Source: Mobula hypostoma (taxonomy: Eukaryota). Taken from it: 64,000 nt of DNA. Below, in pieces: positions 24,175 through 35,255 of the stretch. The notes under the pieces were generated by a model. It was not told where the DNA came from. It made no database searches and worked only from the letters and a program-made list of their open reading frames with translations. The stretch is from positions 27,406,001 to 27,470,000 of the forward strand of contig NC_086109.1 of assembly GCF_963921235.1 (NCBI RefSeq). Direction: 5' to 3'. Position numbers and translations under genes: made by a program. How positions within the stretch are numbered: the first letter of the stretch is position 1; each line of letters starts with the position of its first letter.

Positions 24175-24399
24175 AACAACAGGAAATCTGCAGACGCTGG
24201 AAATTCAAGCAACATACATCAAAGTTGCTGGTGAACGCAGCAGGCCAAGCAGCATCTATAGGAAGAGGTGCAGTCGACGCTTCAGGCCGAGACCCTTTGT
24301 CAGTCCTGACGAAGGGTCTCGGCCTGAAACGTCGACTGCACCTCTTCCTATAGATGCTGCTTGGCCTGCTGCGTTCACCAGCAACTTTGATGTATGTTG
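24175..24399 (-). mobile_element. Young, near-perfect palindromic Penelope mini-element
   Basis: ~95-bp arms with 2 mismatches centred at ~24304; perfect 14-bp TSD CATGAAAAAATAAA at 24161-24174 and 24400-24413. Confidence 0.92.
24301..24338 (+). ncRNA. Minimal type I hammerhead ribozyme motif (intact core, no monomeric helix III)
   Basis: CAGTC (helix I) CTGACGA (core) AGGGTCTCGGCCT (helix II) GAAA CGTC (palindromic ACGT, GUC cleavage triplet) GACTG (helix I'). Activity not shown. Confidence 0.75.
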
Positions 24400-24610
24400 C
24401 ATGAAAAAATAAAGTTGGAAAAAGCTTTGGGAAAATATTCTTAACAATATCTGAAGAAACGAATTTGTGCACTTTTAAAAGACAGAGTAATTGAATGTCA
24501 ATATTAAAGGCATTAATTCCTTTAGACTAAAATGGACAACTTGTAATTTTCTGTGGCAACTTAAGTTTGTACCCCTACTGCAAATACAGGAGCTTCCTGC
24601 TGTATAATAC

Positions 24611-24808
24611 TGCACACATCAAAGTTGCTGGTGAACGCAGCAGGCCAGGCAGCATCTCTAGGAAGAGGTACAGTCGACGTTTCAGGCTGAGACCCTTCAT
24701 CAGGACGAAGGGTCTCTTCCTAGAGATGCTGCCTGGCCTGCTGCGTTCACCAGCAACTTTGATGTGTGTTGCTGGAATTTCCAGCATCTGCAGAATTCCT
24801 CGTGTTTA
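24611..24808 (+). mobile_element. Palindromic Penelope mini-element with an internal deletion in the right arm
   Basis: 13-bp TSD TGCTGT(A/T)TAATAC at 24598-24610 and 24809-24821. Confidence 0.88.
24671..24706 (-). ncRNA. Minimal hammerhead motif, sense to the copine pre-mRNA
   Basis: Minus strand GTC CTGATGA AGGGTCTCAGCCT GAAA CGTC GACTG; core intact, helix I only ~3 bp. Confidence 0.6.
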
Positions 24809-25084
24809 TGCTGTTTAATACAAATCAGTTGTGAACCGGAGAACATGATGCTGCTTCAGTACGGTTATAGAGGAACAATATGTATCTGTCAGCAAGCTAT
24901 ACATTTTCTTAAACAAAATACTGTAGATATGTAAAATTATAAAAGTTCAGCAATACCAAAAGAGAGAAAAATAATGCTTATGTTTCAGGTCAGTGGAAGT
25001 TCGAACTGGTCTTTCAGTAGTTAACTGCCATTGATCTGATGTTCAACTGTTTCTTGTTCCACAGGTGAAGATCAGACTAAATAT

Positions 25085-25385
25085 AAAGGTTAGTCTTATT
25101 TTTCATATGTACATCAAAACATATGGTAAAATGCATTATTTGCATCAAATCAAATCAGTGAGAAATATTGGCATACTTCCAGCACTGATGTAACACACCC
25201 ACAATTCACTAACCTAAACCATACGTCTTTGGAATGTGGAAGGAAACCGGAGCACCCAAAGGAAATCTAAGCAGTCACGGGGAGAACGTACAAACTCCTT
25301 ACAGACAGCAGCGGGAATCAAATCTCGATCTTACTGCTGGTGCCGTAACTCACTGCGCTAACTGCTACGCTGCTGTGCTGCCCGC
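25085..25385 (-). mobile_element. V-SINE-type element
   Basis: Reverse complement of the V-domain core (ctttggaatgtggaaggaaaccggagcaccc...gtcacggggagaacgtacaaactcc) and a tRNA-like head; related copies at ~32410-32570 and ~48825-49100. Confidence 0.8.
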
Positions 25386-26154
25386 TGCCAAGTCAGGTAT
25401 TGCCTGACTAGCTGAGAGTGCTTGCTACTTGCCGCCTTGCTACTTTCCCCAGTCATTTTTATTACCTCTGGACTTCTTCATTCAACCACACATCTGGCCT
25501 CACCTAAAGTAAGTTCATGATTTGTATATAAATAAATGTGAGCATTGTCGGACTTGCTGTAATTTTAGCACTAACTTCTGGCACCAAACAGCTTCAAGAA
25601 TTTATATATATGTAAACCATGTTTGCATTTGCATCCAATAATTATGCAGAAATGTCACGGAAAAGAGAAAAATATCTTTTTATGCAACTGCTATTGAATC
25701 ATAATTTAAAATCTGAATTTCCTAATTTATGCAGCAGTGTTGGGAGATTTATGTATCAGTTTTGTCATATCTTAGGAACTGCTCATTTTTATAATTTCAT
25801 CTTGCCAAAATCTAATAGATTTTGTAACATCATTAACCCACCAAACCTGCCATCTGTTTACTGGTTATGCTTCCTGATCTAAATAATACCCTGCAGGGTG
25901 TTACATAATAAGAGCTTGATCTTCACACTATGCTTCATCTCAATGTCTTGTAATAAGTTCCAATCTGATCCGGCTGTGAAGCTTCAGTTCAATAAAAGTC
26001 ATAAAGTATATGAAGCTATCTCCCAATCTGTGCAGTTGGTTCCCATTATACACTGGTATATAACATACCAGCTTATTTTTATTGTCCGTTACCTCCACTC
26101 GCAGATGGATTTGAGTATTCACTTTGTTCACCTGACATAAATACAGCTGTTAAT

Positions 26155-26800
26155 TCAGAATCAGAATCAGTTTTGTTATCACCGGCATGTGTCATGAAAT
26201 TTGTTAACTTAGCAGCAGCAGTACAATGCAAAACATGATAATACAGAAAGAAAAAAAAAGTATATCAATTACACTAAGTATATATAAGGATATTAAATAG
26301 ATTCAAAATAATGCAAAACAGAAATAATACATATTTTAAAAAAGTGAGGTAGTATTCATGGTTCAATGTCCATTTAGAAATCAGATGGCAGAGGGGAAGA
26401 AGCTGTTCCTGAATCACTGAGTATGTGCTTTCAGGCTTCTGTACCTTCTTCCTGATGGTAACAATGAGAAGAGGGCATGTCCTGGGTGATGAGGATCCTT
26501 AATAATGGATGCCGCCTTTCTGAGGCACCTCTCTTTGAAGATGTCTTTGGCTTCTACAGAGGCTAGTACCCAAAATGGAGCTGACTAATTTTTAAAAACT
26601 GTCTGTAGCTTCGTTTGATCCTGTGCAGTAGCCCCCTATACCAGACAGTGATGCAACCTATCAGACTGCTCTCCACGGTACATCTATAGAAGTTTTTGAG
26701 TGTTTTCGTTGACAAACCAAACATCTTCAAGCTCCTGATGAAATATAGCAGCATCAATCAGTTGGGACGAGGTTAGAACCTCAGAGATCCTGACAATCGG
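26155..26800 (-). mobile_element. Rex1-type LINE 3' fragment
   Basis: (tcagaa)n tail; minus ORF YFIRSLKMFGLSTKTLKNFYRCTVESSLIGCITVWY. Confidence 0.85.
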
Positions 26801-26849
26801 AAATTTCCTGGATTTTGGAAACACTTCCAACTTAATGTCATAAAATCAT

Positions 26850-28575
26850 AGAATTATTGAACACTATAGCACAGAAATAGGCCCCTCAGCCCACCCAGAC
26901 TATACTGAACCATTAATCTGTCTAGTCCCATCCACCTACTCCCAAACCTTAGCCCACCATCATTCTCCCATCCATGTACCTATCCAAATTTCTCTTAAAT
27001 GTCGAAATCAACCCCTCATCCACCACTTGCAGTGGCAACTCGGAGGGAGTTCGGAGGGAGTTTGGAAGGAGGAGAAGATGGCGGCATGACGCAGCGCACA
27101 TGGCCGCTTTGAATAATATCGTATTTGTAAAGTAGGATGCCGTGCACAATCCTGATTTGATGGAGATAGACGTGAAGCATGGAGGAACATCTGGAGAAAC
27201 TTCCAAAATGCCTGCTTCGCTGCCGCTGATACTGTGAAATTGAGAATCTCTGGAGGGGAAAGCCGCATATCCTCGGTTTTGCCTATTACCTGTTGCTGGG
27301 GCCGGGGTTGAAGCGCTCAGCAGAGATGGTGCTCGGTGCCGGAGGGCTGGTTGGAGGCTCAAAGTTTTCGGATGGACTCAAAGTCGGACTGTGGTCGGGT
27401 GCTTCCAGGATGCTGCATCGGCAAGTTTGCAGCACTAGAAGCTCATGGAAGGGAGTTTCTCCTTTCAACCGTCTGCGTGAGATGATGGGACTTTCAAGAG
27501 ACTTTGAGACTTTTTTTTACTTGCCCATGGTCTGTTCTTCATCAAATTACTGTATTGCTTTGCACTGTTGTAACTATATGTTATATTTATGTGGTTTTTG
27601 TCCGTTTTTTTAGTCTTGATTTGTCTTGTGTTTCTGTGATGTCATTCTGGAGGAACAAATTGTATCATTTCTTAATGCATGCATTACTAAATGACAATAA
27701 AAGAGGACTGCATGTCCTCATAATCTAAAAAAAAACTCAATCCACAATCTCACCACCCTGAGACTGAAGTTCTCTCTCAAGTTTCCCTTAAACATTTCGC
27801 CTTTCATCCTTCACCCATGACCTCTAGTTGTAATCTCATCCAACCTCAGTGGTAAAACCCTGCTTACATTTACCCCATCTATACCCTCATAATTTTGTAT
27901 AACTCCATCAAATCCCCCTTCAATCTTCTACATTCTAGGAATAAAATCTTAACCAATTCAACCTTTCCCTATAACTCAGGTCCTCAAGGCCCAGCAACAT
28001 CTTTGTAAATTTTCTCTATACTCTTTCAATCTCATTTACATCATTCCTTTAGGCAAGTAACCAAAACTGGCCACATTACTCCAAATTAGGTCTCACCAAC
28101 ATCTTATACAATTTCAACATAACTCCCCAACTCCTATACTCAATACATTGATTTATGAAGGCCAATATGCCAAAAACTTTCTTTATAACCCTATCTACCT
28201 GTGAAACCATTGTCAACGAATTACTGATTTGTATTCCCACTTCCCTCACCTTTACCGCTCTCCTCAGAGCTCTACCGCTCACTGTGTAAGATCTACCCCA
28301 CTTAGTCCTCCACACTTGTCTGCATTAAATTCAATCTGCCAGTCCATTTTTCTAGTTGGTTCAGATCCCAGCTCAAGCTTTGATAGTCTTCCTCACTGTC
28401 CACTACACCCCAATCTTGGTGTCATTTGCAAATTTGCTGATCCAGCTTACCACATTATCATCTAGACAAACAACTACCGACCCCCACTGATCCTTGCGGC
28501 ACACAGTAGCCACAGGCTTCCAGTCAGAGCGGTATCTACTTACTACCACTCTTTGGCTTCTTCCCCAAAGCCATT
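26850..28575 (-). mobile_element. CR1 LINE 3' fragment, interrupted at 27041-27733
   Basis: Minus ORF VIKKVFGILAFINQCIEYRSWGVMLKLYKMLVRPNLE and ISTFKRNLDRYMD; (ctatgatt)-like tail near 26850. Confidence 0.85.
27041..27733 (+). mobile_element. (TCTAA)n-tailed non-autonomous retroelement, copy 2
   Basis: 5' ggagggagttc-ggagggagttt-ggaaggaggagaagatggcggc; 3' aataaaagaggactgcatgtcctcataatctaaaaa; short AACTC duplication at the flanks. Confidence 0.85.
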
Positions 28576-28584
28576 TTACTACCT

Positions 28585-28928
28585 TACGAGGGATGATTGA
28601 TAAGTTTGTGGCCTAAGGTAGAAGGAGTCAATTTTAGAAAATCTAGCACAATTATTTTTCAGCATAGTCCCCTCCTACAATTACACACTTAGTCCAGCGG
28701 TCGTGGAGTGTACGGATCCCTTCTTTGTAGAAGTCGGTGTCTTGGACCTCCAGAAAGTGGTCCACGGCAGGGGTGATTGATAAGTTTGTGGCCTAAGGTA
28801 GAAGGAGATGAGTTATTAACTTCAAACTTTCTGCATAATCACTCAAAGGGGTGAATTGCACGTGCATGTAATGACAGCTGTATAGCTCATCACCTTCTAT
28901 CTTAGGCCACAAACTTATCAATCAACCT
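28585..28928. mobile_element. Mariner-type MITE with three copies of its terminal motif
   Basis: Starts TA|CGAGGG; tgattgataagtttgtggcctaaggtagaaggag occurs direct at ~28594 and ~28774 and inverted at ~28890-28925. Confidence 0.75.
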
Positions 28929-28974
28929 TTTTATTGGTCCTTGCAAGGGCCTAATTATGCACAATGCAATGTTT

Positions 28975-29668
28975 CCTTGGGACTGTGGCAGCAAAAAGTT
29001 CCAATTGCCTGTTTTTGCTTATTTTAAACAACTCTCTCTCCTTTTACACAATCAATTGTCTCCTCAGGACTGTGGTATGTTCAATGTGCTGACTGCCACT
29101 GTTCGCTTATTTTAACCTCTCTCCCCCTTTATACAATCTAGGGTCTCCTCAGGACTGTGGTGTGCAAAGTGTTTCTACTGCCCCTGCCCACTTCTTTTAA
29201 ACTCTCTTGTTGTGTATATATCAGTAACAATTGAGCAATATTGTAAATACATTGTTTGATTAAGCATTCCCTGTTTATTAAATAATTAATTATGGTTATA
29301 TTACGTGAATGGCATATATCATCACGCCAATTTGTCATATGTACCCGCCTTGCTTGAAGTTAAAAAAAGAATTTGAGGCCCGCTCTCCTGGGCTCCCGCC
29401 TTCTTCGTTTCAATTAGTTTTATGTCTTAGAGTTACAAAACATAACATCTCTCTCCCTCTCTGTTGTGTGCAATCGGGACTGTGGCACACAAAATGTGCT
29501 GACTGCCCCGCTCGCTCCTTTTAAACTCTCTCTTCCTCTACTTAATCCGGCGTCTCCTCGGGACTGTGGCACACAAAATGTGTCGACTGCCCCTGCTCGC
29601 TCCTCTTAAACTTTCTCTTCCTCTACACAATCTGGTGTCTCCTCAGGACGGGGGCATGCAAAATGTTA
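28975..29668. repeat. Degenerate ~85-bp tandem array (about 5.5 units), interrupted by a solo LTR
   Basis: Recurrent tcctc(a/g)ggactgtgg...aaaatgt...gactgccc...gct...ttttaaactctctc at ~28975, 29061, 29146, 29475, 29555 and 29640. Confidence 0.85.
29208..29447. mobile_element. Solo LTR (240 bp)
   Basis: Ends TGTTGTG...CATAACA (TG...CA with a short inverted repeat); 5-bp TSD TCTCT at 29203-29207 and 29448-29452; it splits one array unit. Confidence 0.75.
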
Positions 29669-30045
29669 AAAATACTTTGCAAAGTGTAAACTTAAAAGTT
29701 TTCCTGAATATAGTGAATGTATATTAATACTGCGTGCATGATGAAGTATGCCATTCATGTACATATAACCATAATGAATTATTTAAATAAGGAATTCTTA
29801 ATAATATGTAAAATTTTAAACATAAATGCCCAAGAATGAAAATGCTGAAACAGCTTTTGATATAAAATAACTGAATTCTTTAGCTTCAGGAAAAATAGAA
29901 CACGGTCTGAAAATTGTGTTTCATAAAATCATGGTATTATATATTCATAAGCACAGAACTGGGCTCTTCAGCTCATTTCATCCACGCTGATCAAATTGTC
30001 TGCCTGAGCTAGGCCTATTTGCTTACATTTGGCCCATATTCCTCT

Positions 30046-33030
30046 CAGAATCAGAATCTTATGTCAAGAAATTTGTTGTTTTGCAACAGCAGGACAGTAC
30101 AAGATAAAAATTACGATAAATTATAATAAGAAATGTAATTAAAAAAATAAGTAGTGCAGAAAGAGAGCAAAAATAGTGAGTTAATGTTCCTTATCCATCC
30201 AGAAATCTGACGGCGGAGGGGAGGAAGTTGTTTCAAAGATCCGTCTCTTCGGTTTGCTGCATCTGCTCTCGAATGGTAGCAATAAGAAGAGAGCATGTCC
30301 TGGGTGATGAGATTCTTTAATGATGGATTGTGCCTTTTCTGTGGCATCCCTTTTGAAGATATCCTCAGTGTAGGGGAAGCTAGTGCCCATGAGATGTTGA
30401 CACCAAAGAACCTGAAAGTGCTCACTCTTTCCACCGCTAACCCCTTGATGAGCACTGGTGTATGTTCCCAGGACTTCCCTTCAGGAAGTCCACGATCAAT
30501 TCTTTGGTCTTTCTGATGCTGAGTGTAAGGTTGTTCTTGCGACACCACCCAGCCAGCCCATCGTTCTCACTACGGTATGCTTCCTCATCACATGAGATTT
30601 GCCAACAGCAGTTGTGTCATCAGCATTTTTAATCGAATGCTTTGAACTCTGCCTGGCCTCACAGTGATGGGTGTAGAGAGAGTAGAGCATCAGGCTCAGC
30701 ATGCATCCTTGAGGAGTGCCAGTGTTGACTGTAAACAAGAAAGAGATCTTACATCCAATCCGCACTGACTGTGGCCTCCCAAAGAGGAATTCAAGTATCC
30801 AGTTGCCAACAGAAGTATAGAGGGCTCGGGTTTGAAGCTTGTTGATTAATACTGAGGGGATGTTGGTGTTGAATGCTCTGCTGTAATCAATAAACAACAG
30901 CCTGACTGTTGTCCAGGTGTTCCAAGGCTGAGAGGAGAGCCAGTGAGATTGCATCCACTGTAGACCTATTGTGGCTGTAGGCAATTTGCAGCTTAGACAG
31001 GAGTTAACTCTAGCCATGCTCAAACTCTTAAAGTACTTTGTTGTAGTAGATGTAAGTGCAACTGGGCGATAGTCATTGAGGCAGCTCTCTTTGCTTTTCT
31101 TAGGCTCTGGGATGATTGTTGCCCAGGTGGGAACCTTCAGAGTCAGCAGTGAGGTATTGAAGATGCTCTTGAACATTTCTGCCAGTTGGTTGGCACAGGT
31201 TTTCAGTGTCCTATCAATTACCACTGGGGCCCCAACTCTTTGCAAGAGCTCATTCTCTTGAAAGATGTTCTGATGCTGGCCTCTGAGACAGAGGTCACAG
31301 GGTTACCAGATGCTCCAGGGATATACACAGGTGTAATTTTATTCTCCCTTTCAAAGCATACATAAAAGGCATTGAGCTCTTTTGGAAGCCAATTAGATTA
31401 GATTAGATTATGAGAACACTCAGTCCTCTTTTTATTGTCATTTAGAAACACATATATGCATTAAGAAATGATACAATGTTTCTCTAGAGTGAAATTCACA
31501 GAAAACAGGGCAAACCAAAGACTAACACTGACAGAACCACATAATTATAACATATAGTTACAGCAGTGCAAAGCAATACCATAATTTGATGAAAAACAAA
31601 CCATGGGCACGGTAAGTAAAGTCTCAAAAGTCCCGAGTCGATCGACTCTCGAGTCCCCGATAGCAGGCGGCAAAAGGGAGAAACTCCCTGCCATAAACCT
31701 CCAGGCACCGTCAACTTGCCGATGCCTTGGAAGCAGCCAACCACGGCCGACACTGAGTCCATCCATCTGAAAACTTCGAGCCTCCGACCAGCCTCTCCGA
31801 TACAGCCTCCTGAGCGCCTTCGACCTCGCCCCGGTTGCTGAAACATGCAAAGTCGAGGATTTCAGGGACTTCAGCTCCGGAGATTCCGGTTACCACACAG
31901 TAGCAGCGGCAGCGAAGCGGGCATTTCAGAAGCTTCTCCAGATGTTCCTCCGTGCTCCCACGTCCGTCTCCATCAAATCAGAATTGTGCACGGTCCCCTA
32001 CTTGACAGATAACAGACATCATCACCGAAGTGGCCACCTGTGCTGCCGTCGCGCCGCCATCTTCTCCTCCCTCCAATTATGTTGTTAGGTTTCACCTTGT
32101 AGGAAGTAACGGACTGCAAACCCTGCCAGAGTTGATATGTATTTGATTCTGATTCTAACTTCAATCAGAATTGCTTCTTCATTCTTAAAATAGTCTTTTG
32201 TAGCTTCTACCTGGACTCCTTATAGAATTCTGGATCATTGGTCTTGAACACCACAAATCTAGCCCTCGGCAGACCGCAAACATCTTGGTTCATCCAAGGC
32301 TTCTGGTTTTGGTATGTATGACATTTACCTATTGAGATATGTCGTGGAATAAGCCTTTCCGGCCCTTCGAGCCATGCTGCCCAGCCTAATTTAATCCTAA
32401 TTGCAAGACAATTTACGATGACCAATTAACCTATGGACCAGTATGTCTTTGGGCTGTGGGAGGGAAGCAGAAACCTATGTTCTCACAGGGAGAATGTACA
32501 AGCTCTTTACAATCAGTGGCAGGAATTGAACCTGCTGTGCTAACCACTAAGCTACAGTATCACCCTATGTTCTCAAAGACCACACACTCATCTACACAGG
32601 TCTTTATAAAGTCAATGACAATTGTGGCTTATTCATTCAGATTCAAAGACAAATTCCTGAATGTTGTCCAGTCAACCAATTCAAAGCTCTCCTATAGGCG
32701 CTCCTCCGCCTCCCTTGACTATACCTTTGTGGTCCTCACCATTGGAGCTGCGGTTGTCAGCTTCTCCCTGGATGCCAGGAATAGAAGTACAGCCAGGTGA
32801 TTGAACTTGCCGAAGTGCAGGCGTGGGATGGCAAGGAAAGCATTCTGATGGCGGTGTAACCATAATCGAGTATGCTCTCTCCTCTGGTTCCACTGTTGGT
32901 GGTAGATGGACAGAGACTTCTTCAAGAGGGCCTGGTTGAAATCTCTCATAATGATCGGGAAGGCATTGGGGTGTACTGTCCCATGACTGTTGATCTCAGT
33001 AATCAGATTCTCTGGTGCCTATTGACCATG
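30046..33030 (-). mobile_element. Long decayed Rex1/Babar LINE (endonuclease end, RT, 3' tail) with nested insertions
   Basis: ORF 30496-31245: LKTCANQLAEMFKSIFN, CLNDYRPVALTS, VRLLFIDYSRAFNT, NTGTPQGCMLSLMLYSLYTH, NADDTT; upstream RDFNQALLKKSL and YQNQKPWMN. Confidence 0.92.
31394..32074 (-). mobile_element. (TCTAA)n-tailed non-autonomous retroelement, copy 3, nested in Rex1
   Basis: Same ends as copies 1 and 2; flanking CCAATTA duplication at 31389-31395 and 32073-32079 (overlaps the element ends). Confidence 0.85.
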
Positions 33031-33441
33031 GCCAGGGGTTAACATTTTCTTGGTATTTTCTGTACATATACCTTTCCAAATGTATTTTAAACATCATAGT
33101 ATTCCTACTTCTACCACTTCCTCGTACTGCTCATTCTATACACCAGACTCCCTCTGTGTGAAGTTATTTCTCCTCAGGTCCCTTTTAAGTCAATCCCCTC
33201 TCACCTTAAATCTAGGTCCTCTAGATTTAGACTCCCCTATCTTGGGGAAAAAAAGACTGTGACCACCTACCTTATCTCTGCCCTTCATGATTTCATAAGC
33301 CTTTTAAAGGGCATCCTCTCACCTCCTACACTACAGGGAAAAAAGACACAGCCTATCCAGCCTCACCTTGTAACTTAAGCTCTCTTATTCCAGAAGCATT
33401 CTTGTGAAGCTGCACACAATACTTCAATGCACAACGACTTG

Positions 33442-33973
33442 TCGTCATGTGGGGGGGGGGTGGCTTATTTGCTGGTCAAAAGCCGCTTCTGTAGTGCCAG
33501 TCAGTGATTGGTTCATTTACAGTTTTCAAAGCTCTTTTCCCATTGGTTGTCATGCGTGCCGTGGTGCCCATTTCCAGTTCTGGGAGCCTTTGGGGGCATA
33601 AGAGTAGCACTTGCAAGAGGTTCACCCTCTTTCTTTCCTGCCATCTACAGGGCTCACTTCAGGCTGAAGTCACGACTAGTGCTGAAGGACTATTGAGAAA
33701 GAACACTGTAGACGTAGACCTTTGTTCAGTTAAGTATCCATTCATAGCATGCTTAGTTCTTCAGTTTTATAATTTGGGGAGGTTTAGTGGAGTATCTATT
33801 CAATTAAAGGGCAACTGAATGTACAGCATAGAGCTTAGATGAACGCTTGTCTAGCTAGATGTCCGGTTTGTTGTTTCGCTGTTAATATTTAAATAAATAC
33901 CTAACGTACCAATTTTTATATCTGTATCTTCTGCTTCACTCATTGGATCCTCGAACCTGCCTCCCATGTTGCA
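33442..33973 (+). mobile_element. Probable solo LTR (~530 bp) inserted in a CR1 fragment
   Basis: CR1 sequence caacgacttg|tacag...aacacccca is split; 4-bp TSD CTTG (33438-33441, 33974-33977); ends ...catgtggg / cccatgttgCA; AATAAA at ~33892; the 5' TG is imperfect. Confidence 0.55.
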
Positions 33974-34039
33974 CTTGTACAGTTATAAAATAACACCCCA
34001 ACTTTTTTTACTCAATGCCCCGAACATGGAAGACAATTA

Positions 34040-34385
34040 GAATCAGAATTACCAAAGACACTCGCAAATTTCTGCAGCTGGACTGTGGAGAACGTTCTAA
34101 CTGGTTGCATCACTGTCTGGTATGAAGGGGCCACTGCACAGGATCGGAAACAGCTGCAGAAAGTTGTAAACTCAGCCAGCTCCATCATGGGCATTAACCT
34201 CCCCAGCATCGAGGACACTTTCAAAAGACCGTACCTCAAAAAGGTGGCATCCATCATTAATGATCCCTATCATCTAGGACATGTCCTCTACGCATTGCTA
34301 CCATCAAGGAGAAGATACAGGAGCCGGCAGGCAACACTGAACATTTCAGGAGCAGCATCTTCCCCTCCGCTATCAGATTTCTGAT
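34040..34385 (+). mobile_element. Rex1-type LINE fragment
   Basis: ENVLTGCITVWYEGATAQDRKQLQKVVNSASSIMG...LLPSRRRYRS. Confidence 0.85.
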
Positions 34386-34779
34386 GCCAAAAGATAATGG
34401 ACCCAGTACTGATTCCTTTGGCACAGCACTGTCACAGGTCTCAGTCTGAATAACAATTCTTCTATTACCACTGACTGTATCCTTCTAATAAGCTCACCCT
34501 GGATCCCATTTTCCTTCCATTATACCATCTGTCCCAGTTTTTAGGGTTGTTGTTGTCACCAGTCAACCAGCGCACTTCCATTTCTTTAAAATTGAAATAG
34601 GGGCATGACCTAGCTTGCAAATTCAGCTCCAGCAGATTGGGCAGGATGAGATCTACAGTAAGATCCAACGGCCAGGAAGGTGGTCCTTGCAACACTCTGT
34701 GGAGAGCAAAGGGCCATGACAAACCACAGAAGTAGTCATGGTCATCCACTGCAACTGAGGAAGACCACAATTGAATTAC

Positions 34780-35255
34780 AATTAGAATTAGAATTTTATT
34801 TCTTACATCCATCTCACAACACGAGGGAGTAAAAATCTTTATGTTGTATCTCTGTCGCTATGTACAAACAATAAGGAAGGGAAATGTGGGAGGAATTGCC
34901 CAAACACTAAGATTATATACATAATCATTTTGTATACATGTATGTACACTCAGATACAATGTACAATCAGATATGCAATTAGATCAATGTGTATTGATAA
35001 ATCTGATGGCCTGGTGAAAGAAGCCTATTGGTCCTGGCTTTAATGCTACTGTACCGTTTGCCAGATAGAAGCTGATGAAACAGTTTGTGGTTCGGGCGGC
35101 TGGAGTCCCTGGTGATCCTCATTAATATGTCCTGAACAGAGGAAAGTTCACATCCACAGATGTGCTGGGCTGTCCACATCACTCTCTGCAGTGCCCTGCA
35201 GCTGAGGGCAGTACAGTTCCCATGCCAGGTGGTGACATAGCCAGGCAGGATGCTC
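34780..35255 (-). mobile_element. Rex1-type LINE 3' fragment (different subfamily)
   Basis: ITRDSSRPNHKLFHQLLSGKRYSSIKARTNRL; (ctaatt)n tail. Confidence 0.75.

Noticed and set aside
24175..24399. DNA-transposon MITE or pre-miRNA reading of the palindromes
   Set aside because: The 13-14 bp variable TSDs, the one-sided tail and the identity to the terminus of a GIY-YIG retroelement point to Penelope origin; no evidence for miRNA processing is available from sequence alone.
28975..29668. CRISPR-like array
   Set aside because: Whole units are homologous (no unique spacers), the context is eukaryotic and there are no cas genes.
30496..31245. Longest ORF (249 aa) as a host gene
   Set aside because: Rex1/Babar RT fragment with frameshifted segments and degenerate motifs.
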